Shown here: positions 56,907 through 64,000 of the stretch, piece by piece
Layout: each line of letters starts with the position of its first letter
Numbering within the stretch: the first letter of the stretch is position 1
NCBI GenBank assembly: GCA_027491415.1
Contig: JAOZFH010000018.1
Span: 1 to 64,000 of the forward strand
Direction: 5' to 3'
Source: Thermoproteota archaeon
GTDB taxonomy: Archaea > Korarchaeota > Korarchaeia > Korarchaeales > Korarchaeaceae
DNA: 64,000 nt
Made by a program: the position numbers and the translations under genes
Notes under the pieces: model-generated
Told to the model about the DNA's origin: nothing
What the model saw: only the letters and a program-made list of their open reading frames with translations
Database searches by the model: none

Positions 56907-58891
56907 GCCCCCTCACCCCCAGCCGCGGCCGGAACCGGGGAGAATCCCTCGGGCTCGTAGTGCGGCCCTCCCCGCCTCCTCCTCACGGTCGCGAGGCCGA
57001 GGGCGCCCGCCGCCCCTGACCCCGCCAGGAGGACGATCCAGGGAGTTAGAGACCTCAGGCTCACCCCTCCGGAGACCTGGGAGGGAGGCTCCACCACCAC
57101 GACGGCGGTAGACTCCGCGTAGAAGGTCTGGGAGAGCCCGCCCCTGTAGGACACGCGGAAGATTAGCTCGTAAGTCCCGGGTGGAGTCGCGTCGCTCACC
57201 AGCAGTCGTATGCCGACGTCCTCTCTGTCCACGGTAGGGATTCTGGACACCACCGCCGGGGCGAGCTGCCTGAAGTACCCGCCGCCGTCAACGAGTTCCA
57301 CCACGACCCCCTCGGCGTCCCCCTCCCCGAGGTTCACGAGGTCCCCCCTGAGGGTTACCTCCCCCCCAGGGTGGGCTGTCGAGTCCTCGAGGATGAGGGC
57401 GAGCTCCGCCCGCCTCGCGACGGGGATCGCGATTCTGAGGGACTCCTCGTACCTGTTCCCGAGCTCGTCCCGGTACCTCAGCAGGAGGGGAACCTCTAGG
57501 AAGCCCGACTCCGCCGAGGAGTCGACGCCGACCTCGAAGCTCACCGTGACGTTCTCCCCGGCCTTCAGGTCCCCGAGGAAGATCCTGTTGGCCCCCCTGA
57601 GGACCCTTAGCGGAGACTCGCCGCCCTCTGCCTGCGAAGCCTGTGGAGCTCCCATGTACGGGATGCCGCCCGCCATCCCCATCAGGCCGGCCAGCGACGC
57701 CTGCTGCGCCTCCTCGCCAGCTGGGAGGAGGTCCAGCGACAGGCCGTAGGCGTCCCCAGGGCCCGCGTTGAGGAGGACGAGCGTCAGGCTGCCAGCGCCG
57801 CCCACCGGCAGGGGGTCAGGCGAGGTCAGCGCAGAGACCAGGTTGACGTGCGGCCTGTCTGGCTCTATCGATGTCGGCCTGCTGAGCGGGGTGGAGACGA
57901 CAACCTGAGCCACGGTTAGCTCCTCCACGTGGGTCCCGTCGACCCTCCTGTACGAGACCCTAACGGGGAGCTGGTAGATGCCCCTCGGGCAGCCCTCGCT
58001 CACCCTCACGCTGATGGTGAAGCGGGCCGAGCCCATCGGGGGTATGCTCTCGAAGAAGAACTCCCTCCTACCCTCGACGGCCACCCCAGCCGACTGTAGA
58101 GAAGAGCCGCCGGTCGTCAGCCCCCCGAGGTCGAACCCCGGAGAACCGCCGCCCGCATGGAAGCTGGCCCCGATTCCGACGGGCTCCACCTCCACCAGCA
58201 CGTCCCTGAGCGCCTCCCTGCCCAGGTTCCTGAGGGAGATGATCAGGGCGCCGGCGTCGCCCGCCCTGAGCACGGCCGGATACTGGGTCACCCCGAGGGA
58301 CAGGACCCCGCAGGGCCTGCCGACGACTACCTCGACCACGAACTCCTGCTCGACCTCCGGCCCGTAGGCCAGAACGGGTAGGGTCACCGCGGCGCTCCCG
58401 GTGGAGTCGAACGTGTCGTTGTTCACCCAGCTGATCGAGATCGGAGAGCTGTGGTCGATCTCTATGGTGCGGTAGGTGAGCGTCAGCGGGATCCGGTACA
58501 CCCCTGGGGTGGCGTTCCCCAAGACTTCCAAGAGGAACGTGGCCTCGAACGCCCCGCCCGGCAGGACGATTATCGGCGAGACGACGGCCCTCGGATCGTT
58601 CTCACCTCCCCCGCCGCGGAACGGGAGGCCCTCCAGGTGCGCCACGACAGAGATGGCCCCTATGGCCTGCTCCCCGTTTACGAAGGTGACTTTCAGAGGA
58701 ACCTGCCTGTCGCCCGGGTATACTCCGCACCCCCACTCCCAGCCCCACCTGACCGCGGCTATCTGGACATCTCCTGCCGCCTGCTGGGCCGCAGGCTGGG
58801 AGAGAGGGGTAAGCGAGATCACCAGAGCGGCCGTTAGCCAGATCGCGAGAGTCCTGAGTGTAGCACCCGCGCCCGATCGCTCCGCCGACAC
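56903..58891 (-). CDS. COG1361 S-layer-like multi-Ig protein with signal peptide and C-terminal TM anchor
   Basis: Repeated LxNxG..PGxYxLxVxVSY modules; terminal TM followed by RRRR. Confidence 0.82.
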   Translation of the reverse strand: MSAERSGAGATLRTLAIWLTAALVISLTPLSQPAAQQAAGDVQIAAVRWGWEWGCGVYPGDRQVPLKVTFVNGEQAIGAISVVAHLEGLPFRGGGGENDPRAVVSPIIVLPGGAFEATFLLEVLGNATPGVYRIPLTLTYRTIEIDHSSPISISWVNNDTFDSTGSAAVTLPVLAYGPEVEQEFVVEVVVGRPCGVLSLGVTQYPAVLRAGDAGALIISLRNLGREALRDVLVEVEPVGIGASFHAGGGSPGFDLGGLTTGGSSLQSAGVAVEGRREFFFESIPPMGSARFTISVRVSEGCPRGIYQLPVRVSYRRVDGTHVEELTVAQVVVSTPLSRPTSIEPDRPHVNLVSALTSPDPLPVGGAGSLTLVLLNAGPGDAYGLSLDLLPAGEEAQQASLAGLMGMAGGIPYMGAPQASQAEGGESPLRVLRGANRIFLGDLKAGENVTVSFEVGVDSSAESGFLEVPLLLRYRDELGNRYEESLRIAIPVARRAELALILEDSTAHPGGEVTLRGDLVNLGEGDAEGVVVELVDGGGYFRQLAPAVVSRIPTVDREDVGIRLLVSDATPPGTYELIFRVSYRGGLSQTFYAESTAVVVVEPPSQVSGGVSLRSLTPWIVLLAGSGAAGALGLATVRRRRGGPHYEPEGFSPVPAAAGGEGA

Positions 58892-58897
58892 CGCTGA

Positions 58898-59401
58898 TCA
58901 CCTCTCGCCCCTCACCGTCACCTTCCCGACCCCGCGGCAGACGGACAGGACTAGGACCTTCGGGAGGCCCTCGGGGATCACGACCTCTCCGCAGCGATAG
59001 ATTCCCCTCACCCTGGACCTGAAGGTCTCCTCGTCGACGTCGTCCGCGAACTCGAGCCTCTTGATCCGGATCAGGACCAGCTCCCTGTCCGCCTCAAGCA
59101 GGTCCTTCCTCGTGAGGGTGAGCTCGTCTATGTCCTCTATGACGCGCCCAAGCCCCTCCAAGAAGCCCCTCATGAATTCGGCCGAAATGCCGATGGCCCC
59201 TCCGGGGAGGGGCGGCTCTCGGTCGTGGGGAAACATCGAGAGAAAGAGCTCCATGGACTGGTTGAGGAGCGTGCCGACATTTACCCCCATCCTCCTGGCC
59301 AGCCGACTCAGCCGCCTGTAGAGGGAGCGATCCACGCCCCGCACGGTGATCTGCCCGAACCTCCTCTCCTGGCGGCTCTCCCCGTTTCCCGCGCTGTGCA
59401 T
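58898..59401 (-). CDS. Hypothetical protein with N-terminal ribbon-helix-helix-like domain
   Basis: QITVRGVDRSLYRRLSRLARRMGVNVGTLLNQSMELFL; ATG 59401 with TATA about 32 nt upstream. Confidence 0.75.
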   Translation of the reverse strand: MHSAGNGESRQERRFGQITVRGVDRSLYRRLSRLARRMGVNVGTLLNQSMELFLSMFPHDREPPLPGGAIGISAEFMRGFLEGLGRVIEDIDELTLTRKDLLEADRELVLIRIKRLEFADDVDEETFRSRVRGIYRCGEVVIPEGLPKVLVLSVCRGVGKVTVRGER

Positions 59402-59411
59402 TTGTGATCGG

Positions 59412-59440
59412 ATGTAGTGCAAATGTAATGCGTATATAAA
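59412..59440 (-). promoter_or_regulatory. TATA box and 11-bp-period direct repeats upstream of the RHH/S-layer/ABC operon
   Basis: Plus strand ATGTAGTGC (59412-59420) and ATGTAATGC (59423-59431); minus-strand TTTATATA at 59433-59440. Confidence 0.6.
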
Positions 59441-59599
59441 TGACGCAGCCGGGCCACCTGGTCGAGCTGGTGCGAAGGGGGACGAGCGGCGCTGAGGCCG
59501 ACGCGATCGACCTCGCCGGGGCCACGACCTCTCGCCCGCGGAGCGTCTGGCGGAGGGGACTCTCGACCTCCTGCTAGATCTGGGAGGTCCTCGCAACCG

Positions 59600-59607
59600 T
59601 TATATAC
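59600..59607 (+). promoter_or_regulatory. TATA box of tRNA-Trp
   Basis: TTATATAC about 26-33 nt before the mature 5' end. Confidence 0.75.
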
Positions 59608-59632
59608 TGCCTGGCCCCAGAGGGCGTGCGGT

Positions 59633-59771
59633 GGGGCCGTGGCCCAGCCAGGTGGCCTCCCGATGATAAGGCCGAGGTCGCCCTGGAAAGGTCAGGGCGG
59701 CGGGCTCCAGTCGGTGGAGCACTGAGGGGGAGACCCGTAGGACGTGGGTTCAAATCCCACCGGCCCCACCA
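59633..59771 (+). tRNA. tRNA-Trp(CCA) with two introns: 59650-59688 (17/17a) and 59711-59732 (37/38); CCA end encoded
   Basis: Acceptor stem GGGGCCG/CGGCCCC, D stem GCCC/GGGC, anticodon stem GCGGG/CCCGT with loop CT-CCA-GA, T arm GTGGG-TTCAAAT-CCCAC; bulge-helix-bulge geometry at both introns. Confidence 0.95.
59657..59730 (+). ncRNA. Putative box C/D guide split across the two tRNA-Trp introns, predicted target Cm34
   Basis: Box C ATGATAA 59663-59669 (intron 1), box D CTGA 59722-59725 (intron 2), closing stem CTCCC/GGGGG, guide TGGAGC complementary to G31-A36 with D+5 on C34. Confidence 0.6.
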
Positions 59772-59774
59772 CGC

Positions 59775-59815
59775 TTTTCTGCCCGTTTTTGGGCTCTCTT
59801 ATTTCTTATCTTCTC
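59775..59815 (+). terminator. T-rich terminator after tRNA-Trp
   Basis: TTTTCT-GCCCG-TTTT-TGGGC-TCTCTTATTTCTT. Confidence 0.6.
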
Positions 59816-60101
59816 GCTTGGGCCATTCTCCGGGCGATTAGATGCGGCAGGTACGCCGACCCAAGGGCAACGAGCCCCGGAGGAGGGCTCCAGCAAGCAG
59901 CGCGGCAACCCTGAGGCTCTCAGTCGGGTTGAAGACGTCCCAGACGATCATCATTGCCAAGAAGGCTGCCGATGGAGCCAGCGTGAGGAAAGTCCCAAAA
60001 ACTACGTTGAGGTCACGCTGAGGGCCTACCCAGCGATCGTATGGCCAGGCGAGCCGATCTGGATGGAGGCCTTCGCCCCCGTGGCGATCCCGCCTCAACC
60101 C

Positions 60102-61505
60102 CTAGGTCAGGTCGATTATGTTCGTGGCGAGGCTCCTCAGCAGGTTGACCAGCTTCGGGTCGTGGGCCTCCGGCGGCAGGACTATCACCACCACGGAATC
60201 GTGAGCGGCCAGCTGGTCGATCATCGCCCTGAGGAGCCTGTAGGTGCTCTCCCCACCCAGGAGAACCAGCAGGCCGGTGGTGTCCTCGACGATCACAGCC
60301 AGCCTGTCTCCCTCCTCCCTGGCCCTGGATATCATCCCCAGGATTACGGCCGGATCCGCCCCTATCTCGAACTCCCCCACCCCGACCTGCTTAGGCGGTC
60401 CCATCCTGCCGGCGGAGACGTAGAGAGCGAGCGAGGCGTGCTTGGCGATCTTGGGGGCCGCGGGGGATGACCTCCTCCCTATCAGCACGACCCTGTACCC
60501 CTCCGACTCCAGGTGGGAGGCCAGGTCCTCGAGCGCATCGGCGTAGCCCCTCATTGTGGAGACCTCGAACAGGATGACCCTCCCGGAGAACGTCCCCAGG
60601 CGGCTCCACTCGTCCGGACGCCTGGACCTGATTGGCCCCACCTCTGGCAGGCCCAAGGGCCGGGTAACTTCGGGGAGCGGAGGCCTGAGAGCCGTCGTGC
60701 CGTACAGGTAGTAGGCGACCAGCGCGAGCGCCAACCCCAGGGCCACGGCGGCGCTCCCGCTCACCCCGACGATTCTCACGACGTGGGGGATGATCAGCGT
60801 GTCGTCCAGCGTGGTGAAGACGCTGGCGGCGGCCCCCAGGTACAGCGCGCCGGAGCCGCACCTCAGCAGCCACCTGGCCGGGTAGCCGGACCTCCTCGAC
60901 TCCAGCAGGAGCCTCGTGCCCAGGACGGCGTCGAACGCGAGGTTGATTATGTCGAACGGGACCTCCCCCAGCTTGGGTTCGGGCATCGTCGGCCACTCCC
61001 ACGGCCTCTGGGCGATAACCACTGCAGTCAGGAATGCGAGCCAGCCGACGAGCACCAGCAGGGGGTCCACCCGCGGGGTCGCCCTCTTGGCCGTTAGCCC
61101 ACTCGTTAGGTCGGTCAGGTAGCTCGCGAGGCTCCAGCCAGCCACGAGCGTTGCCAGCACCGTGCACCCGAGCTTGTAGAAGTGCACGATGGGCGGAACC
61201 TCGAAGACCGTCTCTACTACGTCCAGCCAGCCGAACATCACCATCACGCTCAGGCCCGCCAGGACTCCCCTCCAGTGCCCCGACAGGAGCGCCTCGACCT
61301 TCGACTTCCAGGCCGTGTAGAGGAGCGAAGTGAAGGCCATTGCCCCTAGGAGGCCGATAAACCTCAGGAGGAACTCAGCCTGGGTGAGGGGGCGGAGGCT
61401 CCACTGGCGAGATGTGGCGGCGACGACGATGGCCCCTAAGGCGATCCAGATGGCAGCGAGGGCCTCCTGAACTGAGAGCCGCAGGCCCCTACCCTCCTCG
61501 TTCAA
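60102..61505 (-). CDS. About 8-TM membrane protein with inactive KaiC/DUF835-like domain, copy 2
   Basis: Paralog of 37744-39162: EALL, LTAKR..PRV, ALG.A..YYL.GTT, VSAGRM..PK, P.VILG, YRL.RA.ID, AH..NL.R.LAT.II. Confidence 0.75.
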   Translation of the reverse strand: MNEEGRGLRLSVQEALAAIWIALGAIVVAATSRQWSLRPLTQAEFLLRFIGLLGAMAFTSLLYTAWKSKVEALLSGHWRGVLAGLSVMVMFGWLDVVETVFEVPPIVHFYKLGCTVLATLVAGWSLASYLTDLTSGLTAKRATPRVDPLLVLVGWLAFLTAVVIAQRPWEWPTMPEPKLGEVPFDIINLAFDAVLGTRLLLESRRSGYPARWLLRCGSGALYLGAAASVFTTLDDTLIIPHVVRIVGVSGSAAVALGLALALVAYYLYGTTALRPPLPEVTRPLGLPEVGPIRSRRPDEWSRLGTFSGRVILFEVSTMRGYADALEDLASHLESEGYRVVLIGRRSSPAAPKIAKHASLALYVSAGRMGPPKQVGVGEFEIGADPAVILGMISRAREEGDRLAVIVEDTTGLLVLLGGESTYRLLRAMIDQLAAHDSVVVIVLPPEAHDPKLVNLLRSLATNIIDLT

Positions 61506-61668
61506 CGCCTAAACACCCGTCTACGGTTTCTTCGTGGGCACCCGAGGCCCCCCCATAAAAGTGATAGGTCGGTTAGGCTTTCGAACCCGGCCGCCGCTAC
61601 GTTCGCCCCTCCTGTCCGGAAAAAACGCCGCGGTCAGATTAAATTCCGAGCCGAGAGTGCGTCGCCTA

Positions 61669-62583
61669 ATGAGATCTCCCTCCAAGGAGGATTCTCACCC
61701 CGCGGATGTCAGGATGATCGGGCTCAGGCTCCCTCGGGTTTTGGAGGGAGATGACCTGGCCGGGCTCATCGTCCAGGCCGCAGGTGAGGTTGGAGAGAGG
61801 CTCGAGGACGGAGACGTGCTCGTGGTGGCGAGCAAGGTGGTCTCTCGCGCCAAGGGATACGTCGTGAAGCCAGGGGAGGTCAAGCCGAGTATCAGGAGCA
61901 AGCTGTTGGCGTGGCTGACAGGCCGAGAGCCCTGGGAGGTCGAGCTGATCAGGGAGAGGGGAAGCCTCGCGTTCATCATGCCCTTCTCTAAGGCCACCAG
62001 GGGGACGGGCTTCCCGGAGAGGTTCGCGGTTGACCCGGAAGAAGCCAGGAAGATGGTGGAGTCCGCCGGGGATGTCATGCTCATGAGAGCCAGGGGGCTG
62101 ACCCTCGTCGACGCTGGGATGGACTACTCCAACTGCCCCGAGGGCCACGTCTGCCTGCTGCCGACAGATCCGGATGAGGAGGCCCGAGAGATAGCCGACC
62201 GCATAAGGGAACTCACGGGCGCCAGGGTGGGGGTCGTGATCTCTGACACGGAGTTTCAGCCCATGAAGATCGGCTCCATCGACGTGGCGGTGGGGGTCGC
62301 CAACGTCTTTCCGATCCGCAGGAGGTTCGGGGCCAGAGACTACTTTGGAAGGCCGAAGTTCGGGGGAGACGACTCCGTGGCCGACGAGCTCGCGGCCGCG
62401 GCGGCCCTGCTCATGGGGCAGGCCGACGAGGGCATACCCGTCGTGCTGTTCAAGGGGTTAGATGTTGAGATGGACGAAGAGGCCAGCTCCGAGGATTGGA
62501 TAGCCCCCAGCGGGAAGGTGACCCGGGTCATTATCGTAGGGGCCCTAAAGACGCTGATCGCAAAGCTCCTGAGGCTGGCTTAG
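61669..62583 (+). CDS. CofE-like protein, copy 2
   Basis: Paralog of 36720-37616: DGDVLVVASKVVS, RGTGFPE, SNCPEG, RIRELTGARVGVVISDT, PKFGG, VADELAAAAALLMGQ. Confidence 0.85.
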   Translation: MRSPSKEDSHPADVRMIGLRLPRVLEGDDLAGLIVQAAGEVGERLEDGDVLVVASKVVSRAKGYVVKPGEVKPSIRSKLLAWLTGREPWEVELIRERGSLAFIMPFSKATRGTGFPERFAVDPEEARKMVESAGDVMLMRARGLTLVDAGMDYSNCPEGHVCLLPTDPDEEAREIADRIRELTGARVGVVISDTEFQPMKIGSIDVAVGVANVFPIRRRFGARDYFGRPKFGGDDSVADELAAAAALLMGQADEGIPVVLFKGLDVEMDEEASSEDWIAPSGKVTRVIIVGALKTLIAKLLRLA

Positions 62584-62632
62584 TCGACGAGCGGGACGAC
62601 CTCAGTTAATTAGAGGGCGGCAGCGGCCGCCC

Positions 62633-63574
62633 ATGATGGCGACCGAGCGCTGCTTGTACTGCGAGAGACCCGGGGAGCACTTCGTCCCGAACCTCGGCGG
62701 CAGGGTCTGCACCGAGCACTTCCTGAGGTACTTCAGGAAGAGGGTGAGGAGGGTCCTCAGGAGGGTGGGCAGGGGCAAGAGGGTGCTCGTCGGCGTCTCC
62801 GGCGGGAAGGACTCTGTGGCAGCCCTCTACGCGCTTGCGGAGATGGCCGACGAGTTCTCCCTGGAGATAGGGGCCCTAATGATAGATGTGGGCGTGCCAG
62901 GCAACGAGGCGTGCGTCGAGGTGTTCGGGAGGGCGGTCTCGGAAGTCGGGGCCAGGAGGCACCTCGTCTCGCTGAGGGACGACCTCGGCATCAGGGTGCC
63001 GGACGACCCCTCATTCGCCTGCGTGGTCTGCGGGACCGTTACGAGGTACGTCCTTAACAGGGTGGCCCACGAGGCGGGCTACGACTACGTCGCGACGGGA
63101 CACAACCTGGACGACATGGCCTACTTCGCCCTCAACAACATGATCACCCACAACATCGCTTACCTTCGATCCCTCGACTCGGTCACGCCGCCCATCCCCG
63201 AGCTCAAGCTGGTCGGGAGGGTGAGGCCCCTCTTCTGGCTCAGCGACGCCGACGCCGAGACGTACGTGAGGATCATCGGAGCCCCGAGGTGCTCCACTAA
63301 GTGCCCACACGAGGGCCAGGACAAGCAGGCTCTCGTAAAGCCCCTCCTCAACGACCTCCGCTCGCTCTGGCCCACCAGCATCGTGAACTTCGTCGACTCG
63401 ATGAGGGAGCTGGCCAGAATGGCTGGCCTGCTGGGGGAGAAGATGGAGGGATTCAGAGAGTGCGTCAGGTGCGGCTACCCGAGCAGAACGGAGGTGTGCT
63501 CGTTCTGCAGGCTGGTAGAGAAGCTGGGGGGCAGGGTCCCGAGCAGGCTGGTCGGTGGCGAGTCAAGGGGTTAA
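62633..63574 (+). CDS. ttuA: TtuA/Ncs6-family tRNA 2-thiolation PP-loop ATPase
   Basis: CLYC..C..HF, VSGGKDS, CVVC, TGHNLDD, KCPH, C-terminal CVRCGYP..CSFC. Confidence 0.85.
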   Translation: MMATERCLYCERPGEHFVPNLGGRVCTEHFLRYFRKRVRRVLRRVGRGKRVLVGVSGGKDSVAALYALAEMADEFSLEIGALMIDVGVPGNEACVEVFGRAVSEVGARRHLVSLRDDLGIRVPDDPSFACVVCGTVTRYVLNRVAHEAGYDYVATGHNLDDMAYFALNNMITHNIAYLRSLDSVTPPIPELKLVGRVRPLFWLSDADAETYVRIIGAPRCSTKCPHEGQDKQALVKPLLNDLRSLWPTSIVNFVDSMRELARMAGLLGEKMEGFRECVRCGYPSRTEVCSFCRLVEKLGGRVPSRLVGGESRG

Positions 63575-63605
63575 TTTTATACCACCATCGGACGCGGGTC
63601 CGGAA

Positions 63606-63899
63606 ATGCGTGAGGTCGAGTGTCCCATCTGCGGGGCCAGGATCCCGGTTGGGTCCCCCGACTTTCAGGGCGAGGTGGAGTGCCCTGACTGCGGAGCGCG
63701 GCTCTTTGTCGTTATTGAAGGGGGCTCTGTTCGGCTGATTGAACTCCGGGAGGAGGAACTCGAGTTTGAGGAGGAAGAGCTCGAGCTTTCGGAACTTGAG
63801 GCCGAGGTAGAGGGACTGGAGCTTGAGGATGACCTTGAGCCGGAGGATGTCGACCTGGAGGACCTCGAGGAGCTGGATGAAGGGTTGGGGGGCTTCTGA
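63606..63899 (+). CDS. LysW-like zinc-ribbon protein with long acidic tail ending GLGGF
   Basis: ECPICGA..EVECPDCGARLFVV; about 50-residue E/D/L tail; own TATA (TTTTATAC) about 25-30 nt upstream. Confidence 0.8.
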   Translation: MREVECPICGARIPVGSPDFQGEVECPDCGARLFVVIEGGSVRLIELREEELEFEEEELELSELEAEVEGLELEDDLEPEDVDLEDLEELDEGLGGF

Positions 63900-63914
63900 C
63901 CGGGTCGGAGTGGG

Positions 63915-64000
63915 GTGGTAACCCTGCCCTTGATCGAGGCGCCCGGGTCGATGAGGCTGGGCCTCAAGGTCCCCCCTGGGTGGTACGACCTCCACGTGCA
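63915..64000 (+). CDS. Probable PHP-domain protein, 5' fragment (runs off the window end)
   Basis: Open frame ending ..GWYDLHV(H), the DLHxH start motif of PHP domains. Confidence 0.5.
   Translation, partial: MVTLPLIEAPGSMRLGLKVPPGWYDLHV

Noticed and set aside
53520-58891. RiPP cluster (SPASM enzyme, ABC exporter, TldDE elsewhere)
   Set aside because: No precursor peptide or RRE domain seen, the ABC operon is convergent and separately promoted, and the enzyme looks more like an archaeal lipid/cofactor family
59440-59577. 45-codon ORF or gene remnant between the RHH promoter and the tRNA promoter
   Set aside because: No SD or promoter in a sensible position and no recognisable motif
59661-59677. 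Stand-alone K-loop inside intron 1 (ATGA with CCGA 59672-59675)
   Set aside because: Only 2 bp of closing stem and no room for a guide; the cross-intron pairing is better supported, though this fold cannot be excluded
59838-60098. 86-aa minus-strand ORF with a hydrophobic stretch
   Set aside because: No family motif; may be a remnant, too weak to call
59633-60100. tRNA-Trp as an integration site for a mobile element
   Set aside because: No integrase, no duplicated tRNA 3' end seen and no compositional shift in the window
63745-63880. GAG-rich quasi-repeats as a DNA repeat array
   Set aside because: Explained by Glu/Asp/Leu codons of the acidic tail; no fixed repeat-spacer period
63606-63899. 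Genuine lysW of lysine/arginine biosynthesis
   Set aside because: Lacks the C-terminal EDWGE, and no lysX/lysY/lysZ/lysJ/lysK neighbours are in view
1-64000. CRISPR arrays, rRNA, IS elements, selenocysteine/pyrrolysine recoding, and the many long overlapping shadow ORFs
   Set aside because: None seen by eye; redox genes have Cys with no in-frame TGA, and the shadow ORFs are the expected by-product of high GC3

Overview
High-GC archaeal chromosome segment. Archaeal origin is indicated by TATA/BRE promoters, BHB tRNA introns, Tsr3, SmsCB-type Suf and many TTG/GTG starts; a thermophilic TACK-like lineage is my inference only. It holds about 65 tightly packed genes: feoAB with a DtxR-family repressor, a Tat-exported PsrABC-type molybdoenzyme with its maturation genes, moaA/moaC/moaD-E/mobA/mobB, mrp and sufCB, argS, glyA, tldD/pmbA, a four-gene proline-dehydrogenase-like flavoprotein cluster, nucleoside salvage enzymes, larA, a prenyl synthase/methyltransferase/B12 radical SAM trio, a KaiC-like ATPase, an ABC exporter with an S-layer-like protein, ttuA and tRNA-Trp. 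I saw no CRISPR array, rRNA, integrase or transposase. Top observation: tRNA-Trp(CCA) has two introns (D-loop 17/17a and 37/38). Box C lies in intron 1, while box D and a guide aimed exactly at C34 lie in intron 2, so the unspliced precursor could fold into a split, self-methylating box C/D guide that excludes both splice motifs. Also notable: a divergent pair (atypical CofE-like ligase plus an 8-TM protein with an inactive KaiC-like tail) present twice in inverted orientation; an APC permease/metallophosphoesterase/nucleotidyltransferase trio; and a LysW-like Zn-ribbon protein with a long acidic tail ending GGF beside ttuA. All family assignments come from reading motifs by eye; no searches or folding programs were run.
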